NCBI RefSeq assembly: GCF_009914755.1
Contig: NC_060934.1
Source of the DNA: the human T2T-CHM13v2.0 reference genome, Homo sapiens
Reading direction: 5' to 3' (one strand)
Length of the DNA: 64,000 nucleotides
The notes beneath the pieces were generated by a model, which searched no databases, was not told the DNA's origin, and saw nothing but the letters and a program-made list of their open reading frames with translations. This document shows positions 12,163 through 28,194 of this stretch, one piece after another (the first letter of the stretch is position 1; each line of letters opens with the position of its first letter). Position numbers and translations under genes: made by a program.

Positions 12163-13375
12163 AGAAAAGGAGGCTCTGACCAGCTGTCTATCGCCTCTCA
12201 GGAAATCCAGACAACACTTCAAGAAGAAGCTGTAAAGACAATTTTTAAGAGAAAATCCTTTTCCATAGAGTATTCACAAACTAGGTTTCCACAGCTAGTT
12301 TCATGGCAGTACCAGATGCCTTTTCATACAAATGCTTCAGCCAGCAAAACCTTGCGTAAGAGAAGGGGCAGGAGGCCTTTGAAGTTGGTTGTGTTTTTTT
12401 GGGTGGCTTGGATTTTTCTGGGTGACTGATTTTCGCATATCCATCTTCTGGTTCTAACTTGGCCTCTACCAAGCCAGTGATTTAGGCTCTACCTTGTTGC
12501 TCATTAACTAGGAGGAATGCCTACGGGGCTTAGGTGCTTTCAAGAAAGTTGCCATTGTAACAAACTGATTGATGGTCCTGCTTTTACAGCTCCAACTTGG
12601 TTCCATTTGCCCAAAGAAATAGAGGTCGCTCTTATGTACAATGCACTGATTAATCATGGATCCCAAGTGAGAGACAAAAGAATGGGACACCCAGCCACCA
12701 AGAGGGTTTCTTCTTTCCCTCCCAGCTCTGGAGCAAAGTCCTAGATAAAACATGGGTAAGGAACCTGAGTTCTTTAGAGGCAGTCTCTAAAGAGAGAAGT
12801 CTTTCATTCATGCGTATTTGTATCCAGGCTGTGAGCTGAGAACTCTGTCAATGGTCTTTGCAGATGCAATTCCACGTGGGAGCATCGCTAAAGGATTTTA
12901 GAGAGAAGCCACGGGCGATAATATAGAAATCCACACTCTAAAGCAATCGACTGATACAACTGACAGGTAGATAGCATTTAGTTATTACTGGGACGGCTTA
13001 AATTTAATACATTCTTCCAGAAAAAAATGAAATATGCTTCTCACCAACAGGAGGAAGTCACTTTACACTTGCTCATCAATATTTTCTTCTTACATTGCCT
13101 GATTCCCAATACTTCATCTGTTAAATGTCTTAACTAGCATTTGCAAAGGAAGAAATGAACATGACTTGCTTCTGAGAAAGGAGAGGAGCAAATTCTTTCA
13201 TAAGCTTTACAGGTCGCTTCTGGGTAAAAATAAAAAGTCCAAGCATAGAAATCAGGTGAGAATCTGGTCAGCCAGGCATGCTGTGTCTATGCGGGGGCTG
13301 GCTGAGGTTGCATAACAGAGGGCTATGCGGGACTGATCTTGCTCCCCACTGCTGCTGATGCTCTTTTTTCCATAA

Positions 13376-13761
<386 letters not shown>

Positions 13762-13890
13762 TCTATTATTATTATTAAACATCAAGATTTTAAACCTTTG
13801 CATTGGCAAGAGTATGGGCCATTTTCTACCTTTATTTATTGGCATTATTAGAAATAGCCTTCGCTTTTGCTTCTTAATCATTAATTTCAA

Positions 13891-14195
<305 letters not shown>

Positions 14196-15537
14196 AATTT
14201 TAATTTTTTTTAATGAAAAAATGTGGATATTTTAAAAAAAACACAGCATCAATCCCAACCTCGAACCCTAAAGGCAAAACAATCCCACATACAAAACCAA
14301 TTCTGCCGCAATCACAGTCTCCTACAAGCCCACTTTCCTGTGTGGCACATCCATTGAGGACGGCACTGTTTATCACAGCCTTTAACGCCAGGTATGAAAA
14401 TCTTGAACAATCGCCTTCACAGGTGAGCATAAAAACTGCCTGAGCTTGCCACATGTGGACGGGGAAACCAGCACACTGCCAGGTTACTCCTGGAGGGCAT
14501 TAAATTGCAGAGACGAGTACAAAGGAAGCTTTGCTCAGAGTACAGACCCCAATCTGCTTGTGTTATGTTCTATGCTGTGGACCCTTTACTATTTTTGATT
14601 TTTAAAATAAATAGCCCTGAGGGAAAAGCTGGCTTTACATCAACACACAGAAATTTAATTTTAACTTTCATGAATACAGCTATTAACAAACGGTCCCTTT
14701 CGGGCAGGAAGGGCTTCTACCAGCAGAGACCTTGTCTGTGACTTCAGCTCATGAGTTTCCAGAACAGTTCGCTGTGTGTGTCTGAGTGTGTGTTTTTTAA
14801 AAAGAAAACAACCGTGTACAACATAGCGCCTTTTCTCTCTCTCTCTCATTCGAAAAATTCTTTCCAGCTTACTTAAGATGATAGGAAATCGTATCGCCTT
14901 TAAAAAGGGAACTACTGAACCAGAAACTTCCAGTGCTCCAAAATAGAAAAGCATATGGCTACCAACTTGGTGGGGGACATTCCCAGACCATTGCATTGAA
15001 CATAGACTCCTGATTAGGGAGTGACAGGCCGTAAGGGCAAACTGCAAAAAGATGGTTATAATACTGGCTCCGTGCATGCAGCGGTCACAGGGCACAGCCA
15101 CAGTGTCGACCAAATGAAACAATGACCAAGAGGGGAGTTTGGGTGGAAGAGCAGTTAATCAGGCTGGTTTGAGTGGACTTAGCAGCATCAATAGCTGGCA
15201 TGTCAGAAAGGGTACGAGACGCTTTTAAGGAAGCCTGCGCAGTGGAGAGAGCTTCCTCCTTCTCAAAGATATTTTTCCACAACTTTCTCCTACTTTCCAT
15301 TTTTAAAAAATTTCCTGAGTGGCAGAAAGGAATTTCTCTTTATGTCTTTGATGGGCTTCTACTTTATCAAAAATATTGTTTTTCTACAAAAGGCCGATCT
15401 CTTGTGCTGGATCCTACACACTGCCATCCCACCCCTCATTAGACTAGGGGAGTTGTGTCTACTCCAATATCGAAAGTCTTAGGTTTAATTGAAACCTTTG
15501 AAAGAATGTGCCCTGAATGGGTTTCAAATTTGGCTCA

Positions 15538-15900
<363 letters not shown>

Positions 15901-18109
15901 TACTTGAATGTGATCAACACAGGCCCAACAAGAGAGAAGAGACGTCCTTGGCTCCTGCAGTTCATACAATGTACACCACCTGTTCTCCCCTAGAGCCCAC
16001 CAGCATGGGCAGAAAGCCCTAGCTAGCTAAGCCAAGGACTAGGAATATCACCACTTCCGGTCTCATCCGTGGTCTTTCCTTATGAGCTTGGACAGGTTAA
16101 TTGACGTCTTTGAGTTCTGATTTAACTTTGCTGCAAAATGCAGACTTCAGAAGTTTCTCTCATGAGTTGAGCTGAGAATGGTATGATTATAATGCAAATA
16201 TAACACTTCCTTGTAAATGAGAACTTGTGAGAATAATTTCATTGTTTCCAAGACTACTTTGCTTCAACCTGCCTCCCCTCTCCTCCATCTTAGCAGAAAG
16301 CCCCAATTCTACCTCAGGATCAGAATGGACTTCCTTTTTCCTTCTTCTCCTCTGTCCCCATCTTGCGAAGATGGCAACATTTCCAAGAGTTTTCACTGAC
16401 TCATCTGTCGATGTCTAATTTATAACCATGTCGGCATTTCCCTTGCCATGACCATAACATGAAAGTAAGAAATGGTTATGTAAACTACGCTATGCCCCTG
16501 CCTCGGTTTCCCCTCTCTAAGGATATATATAAAAGTCCATTTTTTGTGCGTGCACACAGATGCAGCCACTTCTACTGTGGCTCCGGATTCCTTAGAAGAT
16601 GCTAGGCTCTCTTTTATTTGTACATTTCTTATTACATGAGTCATTTCCGAAGAGCACTAGGTATAATGAGAACAATAGAAGTTGGGTGTGAAATTGTGAG
16701 GAAAATGATAGCAATTACTGCATACCCAGATCATAGCTCTGAAAAAATTGCTGAGGACAGGAATTAAGATGATGAAGCTTTTTAAGTCTTCTAAGTACAA
16801 CTCTTTGAAACCCACTATCTTTTAAAAACATCGTAATGATCTTACAATCATGACTTCAAACAGGTCTTAATGAAACCCACAGAGAAAGGCACGCACAACT
16901 TCTCAGTGCTGAGAAGAGGTTCATTTAGAAAATTAATAGAAAGTAGACCAGTCCCTACACGCAGCCATCCTGTTGTGACAATAAATTATTACATTGTTGA
17001 AGGCTTTTATAAAATTAGATACCTTGGTAGCAAGGAAAATGAAACCCTTCTCATTTATCGGAAGGATCAGTGGCAACTGAAATAACTCTATCCTGGGAGA
17101 GGATTAAATTCTAACCTTTCCAAAAAAAAAAAAATGTCATTTAAATGAAAAAGCCGATCTAAGACAGTGCTTCATGCCGGAGCCTGAGCCTGCCTGGGAG
17201 ATGTGTGATGATGATAGGCATTCTGCTTGCCTGTTCCTGCAGATCCTAACAAGATGATGTCTTCCTTATCCACCTGCCTGTTTCACATCCAGGCTGGGTG
17301 ACAGCTGATAGCCAGCAGCTTAGAGCAGGGAGCAGCCTAGCTGGTTTGAACTAGTTTAAAATGACACAAGTAGCTTCCTTATCACATATTTTGATAGGTT
17401 CATGGCTCCCATAACAGATACCCCGGGAAAAATATCTTTGGTATAATTTTAAATGCTCAGCTCCCTCCTTGAAAAGCATATCAACCATCTCAATCTAATT
17501 AAATTCCAGAGAAGACTTCTGTTCTGACGCCCCCCGCCCTAGAACACTGAGCACTGGGTAACGCTAGCTCACTGGAATTTGGTTTGTGTGTTGGTCTTGC
17601 CTAGACTAGAAGGTCTGTATGTTCTGAAGTTCCTTGATGACTGACATTCTCTTCTTGCTCAAAAGAGCCTTCGCTTAAGCATTGGCCTTTCACATCTATC
17701 TTCATGCAGAGCGTACTTGACAAGGGGCACACAGCCCAGCCTGGAACATGTATTGACAATGCCTTTATTAATGGGCTTTGTGCCTTTTCTCATAAAATGT
17801 CCAGGAAGCCTTCTTCTGCTTCTTTATTGCCCTAGGGAGAAATGACGGTGGAAAAAGCTCAAATCCCGAAACTACAGACACCAAAGAGCTGGTGTTTTTT
17901 CAGGTGAGTTGGCTAGAAAAGACCTTAATGGTGACTCAGACAGGCCTCTCATTTTGTAAATGAGAAAACGAAGAAACAGGGAAGTTTTGAAATTTCCCCA
18001 TCAAACAGCATTACTCCCATGCCTAGAATACTTCGGTGGCTTCTTGTTTCTTGTGATAATTGTCTTAGAATGCTCCCTAGACAGTGAGAAGCCCTTGCCT
18101 ACCAAAGTG

Positions 18110-18398
18110 GAGAGGTGGCACGAAGGAGGGCTAAGGCCCTGGCCTATTGCCCCACCTGGGCCCCAAGCCAACAGCCAGCCACAGCCAACCAACCTAGCAA
18201 GTGGGCCATTGTGGAAATGAGTCCTCCAGCCGCAGCTGAGCTCCCCCAGCTAAAGCCATGTGGAGCAAAGGTGAGCTGACCCACTCAAACTGCAGATTCC
18301 CCTGTCCAAACTGCAGAATCATGAGCAAATAAATGGTCACCGTTGTTTTAAGCCACTTTGTTTTAGGGTGGTTTGCTATGTAGCAATAGATGACCAAA
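18110..18398 (+). mobile_element. MLT1 (MaLR) LTR fragment
   Basis: aatcatgagcaaataaatggt...ttgttttaagccact...tggtttgctatgtagcaatagat is the MLT1 3' end. Confidence 0.75.
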
Positions 18399-18859
18399 GT
18401 ACTCTCTGAAATGATCTCGTTCATGTATTCACCTACTTATCTGCAGTCTGCCTCCCCTTGCTCCCACCTCCTCAGTTAGGACAGACATTCCAGGAATGTA
18501 CCACTCTTGTTCATCACAGGATTTGCAGGACTCAGCACAGTGCCTCACCCCCCATATGCACTTGGTAAATAGTTGTTGTGTGAATGAATGAATGAGAAAA
18601 GTCATAACGAGTTTGGATCAGTTAGTCCTAAAAGCCCAGTGTCCTGCGTAGAATCTTCACCTGGCTGCATTGCCCCCAGGCACCACTATTATTCCACTTT
18701 CTCCCCCCTGCATCATTATCTTGGGTCCTTCGTACAGATTCAAGTCCCAGGACCTGCCTGCCTTACTGGAGAATATGTCATTGATTCCTAAGAGAACATG
18801 CTCAAGGCTGAACACATCCAAAGCTCATCCATCCAAGATCTGCTTTTCCATAGAGACTT

Positions 18860-19060
18860 CCAATAATCATAACATTTATTGAGCGTGTCTATCGGCCAAG
18901 CACCATGTTCAGTCCTCAATGTGTATTAGCTCATTTAATCCTTTTCGTACCCCCTATGAGATGGGTCTATTACTTTTACATACGGGAACATGGAGGCCGG
19001 GAGAGATTCAGTGACTTGCCAAAGGTCACTGGACCAGTGAGTGGCACAGCTGGGTTGTGC
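18860..19060 (-). mobile_element. MIR
   Basis: aacatttattgagcg...ctcatttaatcct...agtgacttgccaaaggtcac. Confidence 0.7.
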
Positions 19061-20063
19061 ATCCTCAGGGAATGGGAAGAGGAACCTTCTTCCTGCCCTG
19101 GAGACCAAGTCCTCTTTTGCTGGTTTAATTAGTACTGAGCGTGGCCACCCATCTGTCTCTGGTCTTCCTCACTAAGGAAATGAGATTGCCCCCTGGGGGT
19201 GGAGGATGATATTACCATGGGGTTCCTGAAATGGGGACAGTCCTATTCTCAAAGGCTGGGAAGGTAATGGAGCAAATAGTTTATCTACTGCTGAAGCTAA
19301 AAGTATCCAGCAGAAATCCAGCCCAACTATTAAGGCATCATTGTCTTTTGGCAGAAGCTAGTGTCTGGGTAGGGGGAGATGGCTTGGCCGTCACGCAGAA
19401 AAAATCAAGCCATTTGAGCTAGAGCCTCAGCCTAGATGAGAGCCACACAGCTCTCCTCCCAGGGGCTTCGTCTACCCTCCACCACTCTACAGTCAGTTCA
19501 GTGCTGCAGACATCTCCAAGGCATCCAGTGTGATGAGGGTATTGTGCTGGGTAAGACCCTGCTCTTCGATTGCCAGAAAAGCAGAGCCTAAGAATAGGCA
19601 GTGTCCGGAAGAGAGGGTGCAGAAGTCCCCTCAGGCCTGGAGGCCTTTATTTCCGATGGATCTGAAAAAGCTATTGGGTCCCATACCAAGAAAGCAAACA
19701 AAAAGTATCTTCTTTGTCTTATTTTCCTGTATTGAGGCAGAAAACCTGGCTGAAAGGCACCCTCCTTCAGAGCCCCATGGCCTTTGGGGCTTAGCATCCC
19801 CCAACAGAAGTGGAATAACAGAAGCAGCCATCTGGCCTGGCATGAACAAGCAGAGTCTCCACCTCACAGGCTTGTCTGTGCCAGCATGGGTGCCTTTTAT
19901 CTTTCCCTCTGGTCATTGCCCTACAACCCACATTCTGTCTCTGCAGGCAGCTTCCTAAGACTGGTGGGAATTACATGCCTGGATAGAGAATGGGAGTGGG
20001 GAGAAATGCTTCCCTCTGAAGCTCCAGGTCACAGCAAGATACTGACAATCAAAGAGAAGACAA

Positions 20064-20592
<529 letters not shown>

Positions 20593-21560
20593 TCAAGAAT
20601 GAATCTGCCTTGGATCCCGGCCACATAAGAGCAGAGTGAAGGAAGGGGGCTCTGCAGACTGCGGCTGCCCACAGACACCCTGGGACAATGGTCCATTCAG
20701 GTGGATTACTGAGGCTCACGAGAAAAACCTACATTCCCTGAATAACGTGAGTAAACAGCTAATGGTGCTGAAAAAAATGGCTGCACCAGACACAGGTTCT
20801 CTTGAAAAATGGTTCTGTATCCTTAATTAGTGTTTTTAAGCACAAACAAAAGGAAAGCAGTAATTATCCTCGCCTATTCCTTAACGTCAAATTTAGAAAC
20901 ACACCATCCTGAGCTATTAACAAGTTCCGCCATATGCTCAAGGAGACCGTAAGATCTTCTTTAATGCTTCCAAGTGGAGCTGAAAAATTGTGAAAGTTCT
21001 GAAATTTTTTTATAGATTTGAAAAGTGAGAAGAGACTTTTAACCTAAGCCTTGTTACTTTTAGCCCAGCAGAGAGCTTCGATTCCTGGGCTCCAGGAGTC
21101 ATCAGAACTGCGCTGATGTCCTGGCTGCCACAGCCCAGCTGGGGGACCCAGGGTACGTTTCTTAACCTCTCTCACCTGCAGGTTCCTTTTCTATCAAATG
21201 AGGCTGAGTCATGTGGATTATACGGTGGGCTTCCACAGAGCCTGCACAGAGACTCAGATGTGTGTCAGCGTCGATCCTGCCTCCGTCAGGCTGAGAGGGT
21301 GGCCCCGGGTCTTAGGACAAAGAACAGTCCCATTCACTGGGTACACTTGAAACTTCACCTTTGAGGCTGGTGTTATTATGCACTTTTGATTCAAGAGGAA
21401 ACTGAGGTTGTAGCAACATGGAAGGCGCGCCCCAGGCCACACTGGGAGGAAGGAGTGGCGGGGTGCTCTGCAGAATACAGGCGTTTCCACTGCTAGTCCA
21501 CAGGACAGGGTCCCTGTTGGGGCAGATCTGGCAGAGGGCAGAGGGCAGCCATTTAAAAAA

Positions 21561-22372
21561 CAAAGGAAGACATTTATGTAGCCAACAAACATATGAAAAA
21601 CAGCTCATCATCACTGGTCATTAGAGAAATGCAAATCAAAACCACAATGAGATACTATCTCACGTCAGTTAGAATGGCGATCATTAAAAAGTCAGGAAAC
21701 AACAGATACTGGAGAGGATATGGAGAAATAGGAATGCTTCTACACTGTTGATGGGACTGTAAATTAGTTCAACCATTGTGGAAGACAGTGTGGCGAATCC
21801 TCAAGGACCTAGAGCCAGAAATACCATTTGACCCAGCAATTCCATTACTGGGTATATACCCAAAGGATTATAAATCATTCTACTATAAAGACACATGCAC
21901 ATGTATCTTTTTTATTTTTTATTGCAGCACTATTCACAATATCAAAGATTTGGAGCCAACCCAAATGCCCATCAGTGATAGACTGGATAAAGAAAATGTG
22001 GCATATATACACCATGGAATACTATGCAGCCATAAAAAAGGATGAGTTCACGCCCTTTGCAGTGACATGGATGAAGCTGGAAACCATCATTCTCAGCAAA
22101 CTAACACAGGAACAGAAAACCAAACACCACACGTTCTCACTCATAAATGAGAGTTGAACAATGAGAACACATGGACACAGGGAGGAGAACATCACACACC
22201 AGGGCCTGTCGGTGGGTGGAAGGCTAGGGGAGGGATAGCATTAGCAGAAATACCTAATGTAGATGACGGGTTGATGGGTGCAGCAAACCACCATGGCACA
22301 TGTATACCTATGTAACAAACCTGCACATTCTGCATATATATCCCAGAACTTAAAGTATAATAATAAAAAAAG
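21561..22372 (+). mobile_element. 5'-truncated L1PA (L1PA7/8-like): ORF2 C-terminus plus 3'UTR
   Basis: ORF fragments WKTVWRILKDLEPEIPFDPAIPLLGIYPKDYKSF and WIKKMWHIYTMEYYAAIKK match L1 ORF2; the 3'UTR ends cccagaacttaaagtataataa. Confidence 0.95.
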
Positions 22373-22554
22373 AATACCTTTCCAATCCTCAAAGTTGTTC
22401 CCTCTGAGTAGTAAACATGAATAAATTACTAATATGTTATTATTTTCAAATTTTAATTAGACAAATGCTAGTATGGCTATAATTTACAGTTAAATTTCAG
22501 GAAAATATTTCTCACTCCTTAAGAATGGGTATTCTCCCTTTTTAAATAGAATTC

Positions 22555-22920
22555 ATTTTTAGCTGGAAGCAAAGCTACTCAGAATAGAAACAACATCTTT
22601 CTGGTTCCTTTGCAACCAGTTATAGCTATAACTTCTGGCCAACAGGGTGTAAGGGGAAGCATAGTGTGCAGTTTTCTCTTTTGTCCTGCTTCCTGCTGAT
22701 TGATAGGTGAATATGATGGCTGGAGCATGAGCAGCCATTTTGTACCATGAGGTTCAAACTAAGATTGGCAGATAGAAAGAGCCACAGTAATCATAAAGTC
22801 ACCATCTCGGCCTAGATTGCCTATCCTTGGACATTTATAGGAGAGGGAAATAAACTCCTCCCTCATATAAACCCATGTTACTTTGGGCTTTTCTTTCACT
22901 CACAATCAAATCTAATCCTG
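22555..22920 (+). mobile_element. ERVL LTR (LTR33-like), diverged
   Basis: tttttagctgg...aacttctggccaa...gatggctggagc...gcagccattttgtaccatgagg...gaaataaact. Confidence 0.55.
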
Positions 22921-22968
22921 CTTCATCTCCCTGCACATTCCAGATAGAATCATCTCCAACCACCATGA

Positions 22969-23296
<328 letters not shown>

Positions 23297-23731
23297 TTTC
23301 GTTTTTGCTTTTTGTCTTTATTATTTTTACAAATCTCTCTCACTGAATATATGCCTTTATTTCAAGGTAGCAAACTCTGAAAACAGCATATAGATGATAA
23401 ATCCACATAGCAGTTTTAAAAAAAATCCTTATTCTGAGTACACCGCAGTAAACTCCAACAGAGGTTTTTGTGACCTTAAAAGTACTTGAGGTCCGAAGGT
23501 ACTTAAGTGAACAAGCAAGTGGATGGAGTCCATTTGCCATGACTCCTGGATACAATAGCTTAAGCCCTCTTAGCACACAGGTTTCCATGGTCCCCCCAGA
23601 ATTAGTAAGAGAAGAGCCTATTAATAATCACTACGTCCCCTACCAAAACCAAAGTGCTTTAGCCAAGAACTTAGACACTTTGTTTGTGGTTTTAGTGTTT
23701 GTGCTTGAAAGACCCCCAGTGAGTTGAATGA

Positions 23732-24085
<354 letters not shown>

Positions 24086-24726
24086 TAGAAAGCCTTTTGA
24101 CTTTCATCTGGTCTTTATACACGCCACGGGAAAACACTCACCCATTGCTTGTGCTACCACCTGAAAATGAAAGGAGATTGACATGTCAGGTAATTTAACT
24201 GATGGGACTAAAATCTCCGACTTTTCTTCCAGTCTCACTCTTCCTGGGACCTCTTGCAAAATAATCACGTATCCGGACATACCTGCAAAAAACATAAAAC
24301 TGCCAGCATTGCCCCCCTTGTTTGGGGATTTACTGAAATTAGTTCTGTACTTCCTGAAGTTCGTACAAATATCAAAGGCATTTTATATAACAAACAATTT
24401 TGCCTCTCCTTCCGTCCCCCTAAATAAAGACCACGCTGACTTCACTGGCTGGCTCACAGGCACCGGCTGCCTGGCCTTCACCCCAACACTTGCTGAGATT
24501 TTTCCTCTAAAGTATTGCCAAGGAGGTGTTTGCCATTTTCCAAAATGCAACCCTGACAGGAATCACCAAATGACATTCACCAAAGGCAACTAAATAGAAA
24601 ATAAAGTGTAAGAGCTTAAAACATTCCAAGTTCATGACCATTCATCACAAACCGACTTTCCTCAGAAGAAACAAGCACATAAATAGAATCCTGCTGACAC
24701 AATCTCTCCACCATCCTTAAATATTC

Positions 24727-24782
24727 GTGTGTGTGTGGGTGTGTGTGTGTGATTGAGAGAGACAGAGAGGGAGAGAGAGAGA
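24727..24782. repeat. Compound (GT)n(GA)n microsatellite
   Basis: Seen directly. Confidence 0.9.
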
Positions 24783-26459
24783 TGCTGTTTTTGGTTTATT
24801 GATATTGATTTGGATGAGTGCTTTAAAATTTTTTTTCTGGGAGCTGTTACAAGTTTCACCTCGGGCTCAAAATGATTTTACAGTCAATCCTTAAGCCTGC
24901 ACTTTCTCTTCTGGCGACTGTGTGTTTACGCCCCAGAGAGTGGACTCTTTGGACCTCCTCTGGGAAAATGACAGTGATGATCAAAGGGTAAGAAAACAAG
25001 GCCCAGGAAGAAACGTTCAAGGCATACTGGATTGATTTAGGCTGGAGAAGATGGTGAGGATAACCTTAATAACAACCTTCAGGTGTATAAAGACTCCTGA
25101 AAAGAGAGTCTTCATCCATTCTCCACCTCGAGAGAAGACATTCATGATTAAGGGTTGCAACAAGAATGGAGGATGAAGTTGAGCATGCAGGAGAATTTCT
25201 TGCCTGGCAGAATCATAAGTCATGCAATAGGCATCCTTGACTCATTGTCTGCACATCTTTTGAGGGACAGAAGCCGTTCACAGGCCCAGCGGATTCTGGC
25301 GCAGAGCTCCCTGAAGGCCACAGAACCACAGAATCGAGCTCAGGGTCTTGTGAGACATCTTTGTGGTGTGGCAACGGAAAACCAGCCCACCTCTTAACCC
25401 AAGGTGTTACGTCCTGCATCTCTCTGGGGTGGGTGGCTTCTTCTAGAGGTGGCATTTTGGAATTCTCTGAAAGCCCGCAGAGACAGGTGTTGCATGAGCA
25501 GCAAGCATTAGTCCCAATTTTAATAAAGCCCAGAGCTTCCTACCACAAGCTGCGTGGCACAGACAACCACCAATGCTACAGTGATACAGCCCCTCCCTAA
25601 AAGCATTTATGTTAATGAAAAAATAAATACTGTTTGGTAAAGCCAAGCACAATGCTATGTGAATGGGGAAAATAACCCATTTATTCCAATGTCTTTCTGA
25701 TAATGGTCACTCGGAAAACTCGGATAAAGCCCTAAAAAACCCAAGAGGTCATGGGCAGTTTCAAGGCCTCGTAAATGGTAGCTGATTTCTCTTGTTTCCT
25801 GTTATAAATACAGTTTGGGTTCCGAGTGTAAACCGGGCCACTAATGCATAGTTACAGCTGATGCTATTACAAATGCATAAAAGTGAGGAAATTCAAAGTT
25901 ATGATTCCCATTGCCACAGTAACTCAACCGCATCGTGCAATCTGTTTGTAGCGTGTACTACCGAATGTCGTGTTAACTTTTACTGCCTCTATTACATATG
26001 TGTGATGTGAAAAGGTTATGGTGGGAAAGGGAGTCATAATTCTGAATTTTCTGATAGTTACGACTTTAAAGTGAGTTTAAAATGACTACTCTTTCTTCAT
26101 TTGGTTTTTCTTGTTCTGGTTGAGTCTGTTTTTCATCGAATCTTGGATTCTTGAGACCATTCTGGTAGATTCTTCATTTCAATACAGAGATTGATTATTT
26201 ACTCCAGTGTAACAAATACTCAAATAGTTTAACACACCATCATGGGAAGAGTGGGGGGCTTCAAGGAATACAGAGATGACTAAATACCAGCCCTATTCAC
26301 AGTTTCTCCATTCAGTCGAGGGCATGCAAATAATCATAGCCCACAGTCTACAGCCACAATGGACACACACAGGTAAGATGAGAGTCATTCCTGATGGGGC
26401 TTCAGGCTTTGTGGAGGGAGAGAAAGAGAAGGGAATTAAAGTGTATTCATCCTCTACTA

Positions 26460-26807
26460 AAGGGGTCCTCAACCCCTGGGCTGTGGACTAGTGCCAGTCC
26501 ACGTGGCCTGTCAGGAACTGAGCCACACAGCAGGAGGTGAGCAGTGGGCAGACGAGCAGTACTGCCTGATCCACCTCCTCTCAGATCAGCAGCAGCATTA
26601 GATTCTCATAGGAGCACAAACCCTATTGCGAACTGCGCGTGCAAGGGATCTGGGTTACATGCTCTTTATGAGAATCGAACTAACGCCTGATGATCCGAGG
26701 TGGAACAGTTTCATCTCGAAACCATCCTCCTCTCCCCCTCACCTGTCCATGGAAAAATCATCTTCCCTAAAACTGGTACCTGGTGCCAAAAAGTTTGGGG
26801 ACAGCTG
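26460..26807 (+). mobile_element. MER1B (hAT-Charlie non-autonomous DNA transposon)
   Basis: Ends aggggtcctcaacccc...tttggggacagctg; perfect 8-bp TSD ctctacta at 26452-26459 and 26808-26815. Confidence 0.9.
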
Positions 26808-27146
26808 CTCTACTACATAGCAATGTGTTAAGTGGTTTAGGACATTATATGTCACCCTCCACATTTTATAAGGCACTATCCCATATTACAGATGTGTTTC
26901 CGGAGGCTGCTTGGTCGAGGTAGCAGGGTCTGAACTTCAGTTCAAACATCTAAAAGCTCATACTCATTTTCTACTATTTTAAGTGGAATTTGGATTAGAT
27001 CTTGAAGAATATGCATGTTTGGGCTTTTTTTTCTTATTATTAAAAAATATATTTGTTATTAAAAGTTTGGGAAACACAGTAGTAAAAACAAAAACAAAAC
27101 CCACATGCATGACTCATTACCTCAAAATTACCACTATTTTAGTATC

Positions 27147-27444
27147 TTTTTTTTTTTTTTTGAGACGGAGTCTCCCTCTGTCACCCAGGCTGGAGTGCAA
27201 TGGTGCAGTCTCAGCTCACTGCAACCTCTGCCTCCTGGGTTCAAGCGATTTTCATGCTTCAGCCTCCCTGAGTAGCTGGGATTACAGGCGCCCGCCACCA
27301 CACCTGGCTAATTTTTGTATTTTTAGTAGAGATGGGGTTTCACTGTGTTAGCCAGGCTGGTTTCAAACTCCTGACCTCAGGTGACCCACGTGCCTCGGCC
27401 TCCCAAAGTGCTGGGATTACAGGTATGAGCCACCATGCCCAGCC
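27147..27444 (-). mobile_element. AluS
   Basis: Full antisense Alu. Confidence 0.95.
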
Positions 27445-27889
27445 ATTTTAGTAACTTTTCTTCAAAGATTTTTTTACTAAACCTAAGTTGGTGGGGTTTT
27501 TTGTTTTTGTTTTTGTTTTTGTTTTGGTGTGTGTATTGCTTATTGTATGATTCTTGTTCTTTTACATAAACAGGTTCATGGCCTTCCCTTTCCCTTTTCA
27601 GTGACTGTAAACTGTTCTAGGCTGGGGAGGAGCACAGCAGTGACGGGGGGGTGACAGCAGAGGTGTGCTGGCTGGTGGTGCAGCCAGGACCAAGCCTTGG
27701 ACACCTGGGCAGGCCACAGAGCTTGACTGAAGTGTCTGAGAGCCAGGTGGGTCCTGGGCATACAGCCCCTCAAATGCCTGGTTTAGTAGTTAGGACTTTG
27801 TTCTGTAAGTCTCATATATGCACAACTAGCACATAGAGAGCAGCTAATAAATGTCACATACTCCTGAATGGGAAGATGCTGATGGCTCT

Positions 27890-28194
<305 letters not shown>

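Noticed and set aside
21776-22157. ORFs similar to a reverse-transcriptase protein C-terminus
   Set aside because: Frameshifted remnants of L1 ORF2 in a truncated L1PA, not a gene
21540-22390. No clear TSD around the L1PA insertion
   Set aside because: A short A-rich or decayed TSD cannot be excluded by eye, so this is not enough to claim an insertion-mediated deletion
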